Assembly (NCBI GenBank): GCA_964411665.1
Contig: CAYPMR010000005.1
Location: 58,627 to 82,626 of the forward strand
Reading direction: 5' to 3'
DNA: 24,000 nucleotides
Origin: an uncultured Granulosicoccaceae bacterium
GTDB taxonomy: Bacteria > Pseudomonadota > Gammaproteobacteria > Granulosicoccales > Granulosicoccaceae
In this document: positions 1 through 10,401 of the stretch, in pieces
How the letters are laid out: every line of letters begins with the position of its first letter
How positions within the stretch are numbered: position 1 is the first letter of the stretch
Notes under the pieces: model-generated
Database searches by the model: none
What the model was told of the DNA's origin: nothing
Seen by the model: only the letters and a program-made list of their open reading frames with translations
Program-made: the position numbers and the translations under genes

Positions 1-75
1 CTGATTCACGCCAAGGACCCGGATACGCTGATTGAACGTATGAGTCAGTTCAGGGTATCTAGTTCGGATTCCTGA
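1..75 (+). CDS. 3' end of an unidentified CDS that enters from the left edge
   Basis: The open frame from base 1 translates as LIHAKDPDTLIERMSQFRVSSSDS, then TGA at 73-75. It is too short to identify. The C-terminus is not hydrophobic, so it is not a CoxC-type cytochrome oxidase subunit. Confidence 0.4.
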   Translation: MIHAKDPDTLIERMSQFRVSSSDS

Positions 76-127
76 CTGTGTCTGACCTGCGGTAATCGGA
101 TATCGCGCGCTACTGCTACTGCCCGCG

Positions 128-346
128 CTACTGGCCCAGCGGACTCGGGTTAAGCTCAATTAATCCAGTTAAACCAGCGATGATTATTATCACGATCGCA
201 GCAATCGACAATCCAACACGCAGGGTTAATGCGTTGACTGTGCGTTTGGTTTCCCCCTTGTCGGTAACCAGGAAGTACAAACCGGAGAACAAACTCACGA
301 CTATGGCGAGTAGTAGAATGATTACGATGAGTTTGACGAGTAACAT
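128..346 (-). CDS. Small two-TM membrane protein, DUF2909-like, associated with the cytochrome oxidase cluster
   Basis: 72-aa ORF with two long hydrophobic helices (LIVIILLLAIVVSLFSGLYFLV and LSIAAIVIIIIAGLTGLI) joined by a short basic loop. It is divergent from SURF1. In gammaproteobacterial aa3 oxidase clusters that position is typically held by DUF2909 proteins. Confidence 0.6.
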   Translation of the reverse strand: MLLVKLIVIILLLAIVVSLFSGLYFLVTDKGETKRTVNALTLRVGLSIAAIVIIIIAGLTGLIELNPSPLGQ

Positions 347-375
347 AAGGGATAGCTTAATCGATAGCGGGCAGT

Positions 376-1269
376 GTGATAATCGGTAGCAAAATATTTG
401 CGCCTTCCTGGTGGGCGATTGTCCTGTTTCTGGTCGTTGGACTCATCATGTTGCTCTTGGGCCAGTGGCAGTTGTCCAGAGCTGATGAGAAAATCACCCT
501 GATGGAACGCGCCGAGAGCGCCAGTCTCGCTCAAGCCGTGCCCTTGGTAAGTCTTGATTTGGTTAAGACAGAATCTGCATCTGCGGTACTGTCTTTACAC
601 CAATCGGACACAGCTGCCAAAATGGATGAACATCACTATACCCGAGTGCTGGTACAAGGTGAATGGCTATCGGATCAGCAATTTTTGTGGGACAACCGGA
701 TACATAAAGGGGTCGCCGGCTACGAGGTCCTGACTCCGTTGTTGTTGAGTGACAAGAAACTATCGACAGAGCTCGCCCTGTCGGAGCAGCCTGTGGTGTT
801 GGTCAATCGCGGCTGGGTAGCAGCTGAGTCTTATCGCACAGTATTGCCTGATATCGCAATGCAGCTCGCGGTTGATGATGTTAGCGTGGAAGGCTTATTA
901 ACAACGCCGTCAAAAGGATTCGCGCGTGGTGATGCGCTTTCACCACAGCAACAAGATACACAGCAACAGAGTAATGGGCAGGGCAGGGATTGGCCCCAGG
1001 TATTGCAGTTTGTGGATTATGCAGCAATTGCTGATGCGTTAGGGACGGCGGTTATAGCTGGCGTAGTGCAAGGTGTTCGCTTGCCCACGCCTGAGGATGA
1101 AGCGGCTTTTTTGTATACAAACAATTGGTCGCCGGTCGCGAATGGCCCCGAGAAACATTACGGGTATGCGTTTCAATGGTTCGCGATGTTTATTGCTTTG
1201 TGTGTCATTTTTATTGTTACCAATTTAAAAAATAAAGATCAAACGATCGCAGGTCATGAAAAATCATGA
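376..1269 (+). CDS. SURF1 family cytochrome oxidase assembly protein
   Basis: GTG start. N-terminal TM followed by LGQWQLSRADEK (SURF1-type LG.WQ..R), a VNRGW motif, and a C-terminal TM with YGYAFQWFAMF. Carries a Q-rich low-complexity insert (QQQDTQQQSNGQG). Confidence 0.85.
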   Translation: MIIGSKIFAPSWWAIVLFLVVGLIMLLLGQWQLSRADEKITLMERAESASLAQAVPLVSLDLVKTESASAVLSLHQSDTAAKMDEHHYTRVLVQGEWLSDQQFLWDNRIHKGVAGYEVLTPLLLSDKKLSTELALSEQPVVLVNRGWVAAESYRTVLPDIAMQLAVDDVSVEGLLTTPSKGFARGDALSPQQQDTQQQSNGQGRDWPQVLQFVDYAAIADALGTAVIAGVVQGVRLPTPEDEAAFLYTNNWSPVANGPEKHYGYAFQWFAMFIALCVIFIVTNLKNKDQTIAGHEKS

Positions 1270-1952
1270 GTGAATCAGAAACACCTAATGACACTGGCAG
1301 CCAGGCTGAGCGTATCCAAATCGACCCGGCACTGCAAAGGCGATCCAGAATCAAACTGATCGCGGTGCTTGCAACCTTTGGTTTGCCGTTGTTGCTGGCA
1401 ACATTCTGGTTGCACCACGTACGTGTTAGCGGCGGATCTCTCGGGTTGTCTGCACGAGGAGAATTAATTCACCCGGCTTATCCGCTTGAAGGTATTGAGC
1501 TTTCCGAGAACAATCAATCAAACGGTGAACAACCCTTTGATGAAACTGCGCTGCACGGTACATGGACAATGTTCTATGCACCGGCGGGTACGTGCAGTGA
1601 GGCCTGTGAGAAAAATATTTATCACATGAGGCAAGTTCGATTGGCACTGTCGCATCGCATGGACAGAGTTCAGCGTGTATTGCTACTGGAGAACTCCGAG
1701 CAGGTGGCAACGCAATTGCTGGAGGAGCATCCGGGACTGCGTGTACTGCAAGGTGATGCTGCCCAGTATCAGCAAATGGTCGAGAAAATTAACTACGCAC
1801 TCGATCAGTCGGAGGGTGGTTTGCAACCGGGTGATGCCATTTATCTGATTGATCCGTTTGCCAATCTGATGATGCGATTTCCTGCTGATTTGCCACCCAA
1901 GAAAATGCTTAAAGACATCAAACATTTGCTGAAGGTGTCCCGCATCGGGTAA
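1266..1952 (+). CDS. Membrane-anchored SCO1/SenC-like thioredoxin-fold protein with a CxxxC motif (cox-cluster accessory protein)
   Basis: ATGA overlap with SURF1. One N-terminal TM (IKLIAVLATFGLPLLLATFWL). The segment GTWTMFYAPAGTCSEACEKNIYHMRQV parallels the SCO CxxxC copper-site region, and AIYLIDPFANLMMRF parallels the SCO YLxDxxG strand. Confidence 0.6.
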   Translation: MSESETPNDTGSQAERIQIDPALQRRSRIKLIAVLATFGLPLLLATFWLHHVRVSGGSLGLSARGELIHPAYPLEGIELSENNQSNGEQPFDETALHGTWTMFYAPAGTCSEACEKNIYHMRQVRLALSHRMDRVQRVLLLENSEQVATQLLEEHPGLRVLQGDAAQYQQMVEKINYALDQSEGGLQPGDAIYLIDPFANLMMRFPADLPPKKMLKDIKHLLKVSRIG

Positions 1953-2030
1953 AAATCGGCCAAATCGGCTGGCGAGTGCCTATGGCGACGTTCTGTTAGG
2001 CCTGTCTGATAGTGTAAAATCTGAGTCCAG

Positions 2031-2972
2031 ATGAGAGCGACTTCCCACGATATAAAGCAAACCAAAGGCAATTTGTCTTTGCTTGCTCATGTGCACAACT
2101 GGCGTGCCTATTATGAGATAACCAAGCCCAAGGTTGTCTATTTACTGGTGTTCACGGCACTGGTCGGGATGGTGCTGGCTGTGCCTGCCATGGTGCCATT
2201 GCAGGAAACCATATTTGGTTTACTGGGTATTGGTTTGGCAGCCGGCTCGGCAGCTGCGATAAACCATGTTATTGATCAGCGTAGTGACGCGATCATGAAA
2301 CGCACCGAAAACAGACCCATTCCACAAGGCCAGCTTACAACCCGCGATTGCCTCGTATTCGCTTTGTTGCTTGGCGCAATTGCAATGGCAATTCTGTATT
2401 TTCTGGTTAACCCACTGACTGCCGTACTGACTTTTCTGTCACTGATCGGTTATGCCATTATCTATACCGTGTATCTCAAACGTGCGACCCCGCAAAATAT
2501 TGTTATCGGTGGTGCAGCGGGTGCGATGCCACCAGTACTCGGCTGGGCAGCTGTGACAGGTGAAGTCACCGCTGAAGCTCTCCTTTTGTTTCTTATTGTT
2601 TTTATCTGGACCCCACCGCACTTCTGGTCGCTGGCTATTCACCGACGCGATGACTATGCGAAAGTGGATATACCGATGTTACCTGTCACACACGGTATAC
2701 CGTTCACGCGTGTACAAATCGTGTTGTATACAGTGCTGCTAATCATCATCAGTATATTTCCTTGGCTGATCGGTATGAGCGGATTGGTTTATCTGGTTGG
2801 CGCGGTTGTGCTCGGCCTGATGTTTTTGTATCACACGATTCGCATGTTTGATACGAAGCTCGAGAAACAGCCGATCAAAACATTCGTTTTCTCGATTCAA
2901 TATCTGTTGTGGCTATTCGCGTTTATGCTGGTTGATCATTATCTGCCATTGTTGGTGCATTTAAGTTCATAA
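2031..2972 (+). CDS. cyoE: Protoheme IX farnesyltransferase (heme O synthase)
   Basis: 313-aa polytopic membrane protein. It shows the UbiA-family features [42 protein letters not shown] (the NxxxDxxxD region) and [11 protein letters not shown]. Confidence 0.93.
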   Translation: MRATSHDIKQTKGNLSLLAHVHNWRAYYEITKPKVVYLLVFTALVGMVLAVPAMVPLQETIFGLLGIGLAAGSAAAINHVIDQRSDAIMKRTENRPIPQGQLTTRDCLVFALLLGAIAMAILYFLVNPLTAVLTFLSLIGYAIIYTVYLKRATPQNIVIGGAAGAMPPVLGWAAVTGEVTAEALLLFLIVFIWTPPHFWSLAIHRRDDYAKVDIPMLPVTHGIPFTRVQIVLYTVLLIIISIFPWLIGMSGLVYLVGAVVLGLMFLYHTIRMFDTKLEKQPIKTFVFSIQYLLWLFAFMLVDHYLPLLVHLSS

Positions 2973-3160
2973 AATGTAGTGGAACATATGTTGCAGTACA
3001 ATGTTAAATAATGTTAACTAGCATTTCTGGATTCGACGTCGTTGAGTGAACATTGCAATTTGGTTTCACACTGGTCGCTTGATATCAATACACAGTATTG
3101 TTCTCAATGTAATTTGGATAAATGTTGTAACTGATGTAATTTATTCTGGGAGCGGTAGCT

Positions 3161-4276
3161 GTGGAGCACGGATTGTCATCAAATTGCCGAACAACAATCA
3201 GGCAATCTCTTTCATACTTAAAAAATAACCTCTCTGTGGATGCTGTTCTGTTGGTACGCCAATTGAGCAATCAGTATCACATCGAATACGTCAGTGGAAC
3301 CGCAGCGGGTTTGTATGAAGGGTTAAGTGGAACTTGGGAAGGCTCAATTTTTGATTCTGTAGTCAAGGGACGGGCGCCCGCCATAGCACCTGATGTGCTT
3401 TCCATCCCTCTGGCCAATGTACCATTCCTGCCTAACTATCGATTGCGCTCTTTCGCCTCCATAGTTATTGATGATCCTGGCGGCGGTTTGTATGGAATCC
3501 TGTGTGGTATTTCATCATCGCCTCTTTCATCTGATACCTGCGCAAACCAGACATTGTTGGGATTTTGTGCAGAGCAAATCAAGTTTGTTCTGGCATCCGA
3601 ACTATTTGTACTTGATCAGTCTGCTCACATAGATGTATTGGCGGAGCAGGCGTACAGTGATCAAATGACAGGACTGCTCAATAGAAATGGCTGGGATCGG
3701 GTGATCTCGGCCGCTATGGATAACCAGCGTCAAGGGCAAGGGCAGGGATTTGTCAGTATCTTTGTTATCGATCTGGATGATTTAAAATCCTTGAACGATA
3801 GCGATGGTCATGCAAGCGGTGATCGGGTTATCTCGCAAATCGCCAGTGAACTGATTCGTCTTTTTTCGCTTGCCCGTAGCAGTGAAGATTCGTCGGCTGA
3901 CAACATAGTTTTTGCAGCTCATCTCGCACAGGCTGACAAAAGTATTCAATATGCCTCAATCAAATCGCCTGTTAATGATGATGCACTCGAGCTGAACAAT
4001 AACAAAGTAGTAGTAGCACGTACGGGTGGTGATGAATTCTCTGCGATGATGATAGGTGTCGATGATGAAATTGCTACTGTTGTAGCTGATTCTGTTATGA
4101 AGGAACTGGATGATTTAGGTTTGCCCGTGTCGGTTGGTTATGCCTGTTGTCGCCAGGCTTCCAAACTACAGGAGGCGATTCGTAGTGCAGATCATGCAAT
4201 GTACATTGAGAAGAAAAGGCGTAAGCGCGAGCAGCGACGAGCCATGGGTATACTCAATGTATTACCTCATGGCTGA
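3161..4276 (+). CDS. Diguanylate cyclase: GAF-like N-terminal sensor plus GGDEF domain
   Basis: GGDEF domain motifs are present: LLNRNGWDRV, FVIDLDDLKSLNDSDGHASGDRVI and ARTGGDEFSAMM (intact GGDEF). The N-terminal roughly 150 aa looks GAF-like. GTG start, and the start position is uncertain. Confidence 0.85.
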   Translation: MEHGLSSNCRTTIRQSLSYLKNNLSVDAVLLVRQLSNQYHIEYVSGTAAGLYEGLSGTWEGSIFDSVVKGRAPAIAPDVLSIPLANVPFLPNYRLRSFASIVIDDPGGGLYGILCGISSSPLSSDTCANQTLLGFCAEQIKFVLASELFVLDQSAHIDVLAEQAYSDQMTGLLNRNGWDRVISAAMDNQRQGQGQGFVSIFVIDLDDLKSLNDSDGHASGDRVISQIASELIRLFSLARSSEDSSADNIVFAAHLAQADKSIQYASIKSPVNDDALELNNNKVVVARTGGDEFSAMMIGVDDEIATVVADSVMKELDDLGLPVSVGYACCRQASKLQEAIRSADHAMYIEKKRRKREQRRAMGILNVLPHG

Positions 4277-4290
4277 CGCTGCTAGACGTG

Positions 4291-4346
4291 CCGTTCTTAC
4301 ATAGCCGTTGTTACATAGCCGCTGTTACATGGTCTTTGTTACATGG
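4291..4346. repeat. Four tandem copies of a 14-bp unit (consensus about CCGTTGTTACATAG)
   Basis: Read directly: ccgttcttacatag / ccgttgttacatag / ccgctgttacatgg / tctttgttacatgg. It lies in the convergent intergenic region between the GGDEF gene and thiC. Confidence 0.85.
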
Positions 4347-4410
4347 TTCAGACCTGACTTTTCTATAAATTTTACCGCTATTACTTTGCAGTAAAGCTTT
4401 CAATTTAGAA

Positions 4411-6390
<1,980 letters not shown>

Positions 6391-6423
6391 TTAAAACAGT
6401 GTTACTGGCAATTCATGTAGCGA

Positions 6424-8223
6424 TTAAACCGGACGCCCGGTACCAATCACTCGGTAAACGTCATCATCCTGTGCATCGTCGTCAACATCAGCATGTTGCA
6501 GCGCGCCTGTGCTGTCACGACCCAGTTCAGCTGCATTGCCTTCGTCTGTATCGATATGCATTTCCAGCTTGTAGCTGTCTTTGACCCTTATCAATACATC
6601 ACCGAAAACCAGATCCCTGTCACCACCGGTTATGGCTATGGAGACTTCGTCCTTATCCGACACCGCGTAGCGTTTCGCATCGTCTGTGTGCATATGAATG
6701 TGCCGCCTGGCGCAAATTAATCCTTCTTTCAATTGCACACGACCCTTGGGGCCTTCCAGAGTAATGGGAGCTGAATCTTTGATCTGTCCAGAGTTACGTA
6801 CGGGCGCATCAACACCGAGCTTGAATTCATCCGTACGCGCAATTTCAACCTGATCGATTGAGCGTAAGGGACCGAGTAAGCGAACACCTTCGATACGGTT
6901 TTTCGGGCCTATCAGTGTGACTTTTTCCTCACAGGCAAACTGGCCGGGCTGAACTAAATCTTTGTATCGTGTGGGCTCCTGATCTTCACCGAACAGGGCC
7001 GAGAAGGTTTCCCGGGTCAGGTGACAGTGCCGGGCGCTGACGGCAATGGGTATGGCGGGTAAATCTGTGTCTTTCGATACTGATGTGCCTGGCTTAAGTC
7101 CAATACGCATACTCTCACGAGCGATCATTAGCTCTTCGTTGGTCTTGACCACGATGACGTCAACTCTGGAATGCTCAGTACTAATAACTGCGAAATCCTG
7201 ATCATCGAGTATCTGCGCATCCTGATTGCGATCCTCATCCATCATGACGCCGAGAAATTCCAAACGCTGCAGGATGCGCGCACGCATGCTGGCGCTGTTC
7301 TCACCGATACCGCCGGTAAATGCAATCGCATCGACACCGCCCATGGTGGCTGCATAGGCGCCGATATATTTTCGTGCACGATGTGCAAACACGTTGATGG
7401 CGAGTCTGGCACGGTCGTGACCTTCAGCAGCAGCAGCTTCTATTTCGCGCAAATCGTTGCTGATGCCGGACAGGCCTGCCAGTCCACTTTTCTGGTTCAG
7501 CATGTGATCGAGTGAATCCAGATCGAATTCACCACTGCGTAACAAATTCAGCAACACACCTGCGTCTACGTCGCCGGAACGACTACCCATTACTAAGCCC
7601 TCTAGTGGCGTATTGCCCATGCTGGTCTCCGTAGAACTACCAAACTCTACAGCTGCTGCACTTGCTCCATTGCCAAGATGCATCGTGATCAGACGCAATT
7701 CGCTCAGTGGCCGGTGCAAAAATCCCGCAGCAATCCCGGCAGCGTACTGATGAGAAATGCCGTGGAAACCGAAACGTCGTATACCGTAGCGTTGGGCAAT
7801 GTCCTGATCGATGGCGTAGGTAGTAGCACGACGCGGCATGCGCGCGTGAAAGGATGTGTCAAAGACGGCAACATGCGGGATGTCTGACCAGCAGCGTTGA
7901 GCTTCGCGAATAGCGGCAAGGCTGTAGGGATTGTGCATGGGAGCGGCGGGTATGTAGTGCTCTATGGCTTCAAGCACCGAATCTGTAACGACTTGCGGCT
8001 GATTAAATTCAGCACCGCCGTGAACCACCCGGTGTCCCACGCATCGAATATCGTAGGATTTACATTTTTCGAGCACACATTGAACGGCTTCATCGTGCGA
8101 CTCGCCAGCGGCGCTGTCTGTCACCAATCGTTCATGTTTGCCTGAGGTCAGGAGATTTTCCTTGTCGTCGAAAACAGCGTATTTCAGGCTTGAAGACCCG
8201 CAGTTGATCACAAGAACAGTCAT
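6424..8223 (-). CDS. ackA: Bifunctional fusion: acetate kinase (AckA) N-terminal domain plus PduL-type phosphate acyltransferase C-terminal domain
   Basis: The N-terminus MTVLVINCGSSSLKY, HRVVHGG, FHGISHQY, TMHLGNGAS and FTGGIGENS are acetate/propionate kinase motifs. After a linker (GLKPGTSVSKDTDLP), the segment IAVSARHCHL...VTLIGPKNRIEGVRLLGPLRSIDQVEIARTDE...ARRHIHMHTDDA...KLEMHIDTDEGNAA matches both PduL (PF06130) repeats. I place the start at ATG 8223 (MTVLV), which fits the AckA N-terminus better than the TTG at 8265 that opens the ORF. Confidence 0.88.
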   Translation of the reverse strand: MTVLVINCGSSSLKYAVFDDKENLLTSGKHERLVTDSAAGESHDEAVQCVLEKCKSYDIRCVGHRVVHGGAEFNQPQVVTDSVLEAIEHYIPAAPMHNPYSLAAIREAQRCWSDIPHVAVFDTSFHARMPRRATTYAIDQDIAQRYGIRRFGFHGISHQYAAGIAAGFLHRPLSELRLITMHLGNGASAAAVEFGSSTETSMGNTPLEGLVMGSRSGDVDAGVLLNLLRSGEFDLDSLDHMLNQKSGLAGLSGISNDLREIEAAAAEGHDRARLAINVFAHRARKYIGAYAATMGGVDAIAFTGGIGENSASMRARILQRLEFLGVMMDEDRNQDAQILDDQDFAVISTEHSRVDVIVVKTNEELMIARESMRIGLKPGTSVSKDTDLPAIPIAVSARHCHLTRETFSALFGEDQEPTRYKDLVQPGQFACEEKVTLIGPKNRIEGVRLLGPLRSIDQVEIARTDEFKLGVDAPVRNSGQIKDSAPITLEGPKGRVQLKEGLICARRHIHMHTDDAKRYAVSDKDEVSIAITGGDRDLVFGDVLIRVKDSYKLEMHIDTDEGNAAELGRDSTGALQHADVDDDAQDDDVYRVIGTGRPV

Positions 8224-8303
8224 TGGTAATCCATTTTCCGTGGAATTTGATGTAATTTTAAACAACTAGCACATTCGTTGAAACAAGCTTTAATTTGCCA
8301 GGC

Positions 8304-9248
8304 ATGAACACTTTGTTACGCCCCATTTTATTGGTTTTTATCTGTTTGTTTGTGCTTGGCTGCACTAACAGCCGCCTGGTGCTGCGCCCACTCTATAACA
8401 AGCTGGATGATCAGTTTGAGAGCCAGATGCTCCGCTATGGTAGCTTCAGCGAAGAGCAGAGAGCAGCGATTAGCGATCTTGTTGATCACTTTCACGTATG
8501 GCATCGACAAACGCAACTGCCAGCCTACGAACTCCTGTTGAAAGACGTCGCCGAGCGTCTTGCCAGCCCTGATGAGCTGTCACTTGAAGAAGTGACTGAC
8601 TGGAGCGCAATCTTTAATGACAATGCTTCCAAAATCGGTATTTGCAATCCCATTTATTCAGCGTCCTCTGTTTTGCAAACACTGACCGATGAACAGGTGG
8701 TTGAGACAAAAAAAGCACGCCTGGAGATTCTTGAAAACTGGCGCCGGGAACGCGCCAGTTCCAAGCGAGCTTCGCAAACGCCGCAGGTGCGTGTGAATGC
8801 CCAGGTCAAACGGGTTAGACGCTATGCCGGTCTGGCCGGGCTTTACCTGAACCAATCACAGTTACAGGATTTACGCGAAACCATGTTGCAAAGGCAGCGG
8901 CCGACAACTTCGTTCAGAGAAATAATCGATGAATGGGATCTGCGTTTTTTTGAATTACTGGATTCGCGGCAGGAGGCCGATTGGGAAATGCGATTGACGG
9001 ACTATGTTAATCAACGCAGAAAAGCCGTCAGGCAATGGGCCTCCGAGACCAGAGGGCGCAATCGAATGCTGTGGGAAGCGTATTTCCATCGTGCAGGCAA
9101 TAGCCTTGATGATGAACAGCGTAAAACAGTCAGTAACTATCTGGCTGGCCTTGCCAATACAGTACGTTCCTTGTCAAAAGATGAGCCGAGCTTCACTAAA
9201 GCCAGTGCGCTTGAATACGACTGTAAAGGTGTTGATGTCAGGTGGTAG
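8304..9248 (+). CDS. Putative lipoprotein, possibly DUF6279-like
   Basis: Signal peptide with lipobox (LFVLGC at the ATG-8304 start). Mostly helical, charged sequence with an HVWHRQTQLPAYE motif. The function is not recognisable. The family assignment is from memory only. Confidence 0.6.
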   Translation: MNTLLRPILLVFICLFVLGCTNSRLVLRPLYNKLDDQFESQMLRYGSFSEEQRAAISDLVDHFHVWHRQTQLPAYELLLKDVAERLASPDELSLEEVTDWSAIFNDNASKIGICNPIYSASSVLQTLTDEQVVETKKARLEILENWRRERASSKRASQTPQVRVNAQVKRVRRYAGLAGLYLNQSQLQDLRETMLQRQRPTTSFREIIDEWDLRFFELLDSRQEADWEMRLTDYVNQRRKAVRQWASETRGRNRMLWEAYFHRAGNSLDDEQRKTVSNYLAGLANTVRSLSKDEPSFTKASALEYDCKGVDVRW

Positions 9249-9250
9249 GG

Positions 9251-9274
9251 TTGCCCCCGCTTGCGCGGGGGCGA
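9251..9274. terminator. GC-rich hairpin between convergent genes, a possible bidirectional terminator
   Basis: ttGCCCCCGC-ttgc-GCGGGGGCga forms an 8-10 bp GC stem with a 4-nt loop. It sits between the lipoprotein stop (9248) and the rpoH stop (9312). There is no clear U-tract on either strand. Confidence 0.5.
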
Positions 9275-9311
9275 CGTCAGGATCGTTGGAGGCTGATGTG
9301 AGACTGGCTTT

Positions 9312-10184
9312 TTAAGCCGCCAACATAGCGGTCTTGAGCTTTTTCATCGCTGCTTTTTCAATCTGCCGGATACGTTCCGCTGATACGTCATATTTGGCAG
9401 CCAAATCATGCAGTGTGGATTTACCATCCTGCAGCCAGCGCTGTTGCAGTATGTCGCGACTGCGATCATCAAGCGTCTTAAGACTGGCTTGCAAACCCTG
9501 TACTGCCTGGTCTACGTGATCAGCCTCTTCAAGTAGGCTGGAAGGGTCATCGTTTGGCTCGTACAACATTTCTGCTGGTGCCAAAGCGCGGTTCTCTTCA
9601 CTGGTGCCTTGTGGTGCATCAAACGCGTTGTCGTGACCGGACATACGCGATTCCATTTCCATTACTACTTTTGGGTCAACACCAAGATCTTCAGCAACCG
9701 CTTCCACCTCTTCCTGGCTGAACCAGGACAGCTGCTTTTTCGCGCTGCGCAGTTTAAAAAACAACTTGCGCTGAGCTTTGGTGGTTGCGACCTTGACAAT
9801 ACGCCAGTTGCGGATGACGTACTCATGGATCTCTGCACGTATCCAATGCACGGCAAACGATATCAGTCGAACACCCACTTCCGGGTCAAAGCGCTTGACA
9901 GCTTTCATCAGCCCGATGTTGCCTTCCTGTACCAGGTCGGACAAGGGCAGGCCGTAGCCTTTGTAAGTTCGGGCGATATGTACAACGAAACGCAGCTGCG
10001 ACATGATCAACTGGCGAGCAGCGTCCAAGTCTTCGTCGTTACGCAGCCGCTGTGCCAGCGATTGTTCCTCGTCAGCGCTGAGAATCTTGAAACTGGCGAT
10101 CTTTGCCAGATAGTGATTGAGATCATCTGCAACCGATGGCATAGCTACCGCGTCGGTTGCAGGCATCAGGGCATTATTTCTCAT
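9312..10184 (-). CDS. rpoH: RNA polymerase sigma-32 (heat-shock sigma factor RpoH)
   Basis: 290 aa. It is collinear with E. coli RpoH (LRFVVHIARTYKGYGLPLSDLVQEGNIGLMKAVKRFDPE) and has the diagnostic RpoH box TTKAQRKLFFKLR. It lies downstream of ftsYEX, as in enterobacteria. Confidence 0.97.
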   Translation of the reverse strand: MRNNALMPATDAVAMPSVADDLNHYLAKIASFKILSADEEQSLAQRLRNDEDLDAARQLIMSQLRFVVHIARTYKGYGLPLSDLVQEGNIGLMKAVKRFDPEVGVRLISFAVHWIRAEIHEYVIRNWRIVKVATTKAQRKLFFKLRSAKKQLSWFSQEEVEAVAEDLGVDPKVVMEMESRMSGHDNAFDAPQGTSEENRALAPAEMLYEPNDDPSSLLEEADHVDQAVQGLQASLKTLDDRSRDILQQRWLQDGKSTLHDLAAKYDVSAERIRQIEKAAMKKLKTAMLAA

Positions 10185-10232
10185 TTAGTATTCCCTCATT
10201 TGTGTGATCAAGCTATTTTAGCACTCGATACT

Positions 10233-10260
10233 ATAGAGTGCTAATTAGCGGCCAAGTTCC
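10233..10260 (-). promoter_or_regulatory. Sigma-E (RpoE)-type promoter upstream of rpoH
   Basis: The minus strand reads GGAACTT-N16-TCTAT, against the sigma-E consensus GGAACTT-N16-TCAAA. It sits about 45 nt upstream of the rpoH ATG, analogous to E. coli rpoH P3. Confidence 0.6.
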
Positions 10261-10401
10261 TGATAATCAATATTAAAAGTAAGTTAATTACTGTGGATAT
10301 ACCGATCTGGCAAGATGGATGAAAGCGCTGTGTCGTGGACTGAAAAACACTGATAATTGTAATAAAAACAAAAACTTGCAGTGGTTTTTACGATTTCCCC
10401 A

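Noticed and set aside
976-991. Near-identical GGGCAGGGCAGGGATT string shared by SURF1 (976-991) and the GGDEF gene (3734-3750), both within low-complexity Gly/Gln inserts
   Set aside because: It is a short (GGGCAG)n-like microsatellite motif. The 11-16 nt match is compatible with chance or independent slippage, and nothing indicates a mobile or functional element.
3046-3228. 60-aa ORF upstream of and overlapping the GGDEF gene start
   Set aside because: A/T-rich region, no ribosome-binding site, and the hydrophobic, odd-composition product overlaps the better-supported GGDEF start. It is probably non-coding promoter DNA.
4291-4346. Tandem repeats considered as a CRISPR array (also 14657-14692)
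   Set aside because: The units are 12-14 bp and directly abutting, with no spacers, and no cas genes are present. They are simple tandem repeats.
9609-10244. 211-aa ORF on the plus strand opposite rpoH
   Set aside because: It lies entirely within and antisense to rpoH, whose identity is unambiguous. It shows no motifs and runs into the rpoH promoter region. I treat it as a shadow ORF. The same reasoning applies to the listed antisense ORFs inside thiC, ackA-pduL, pqiB, pqiA and the lipoprotein gene.
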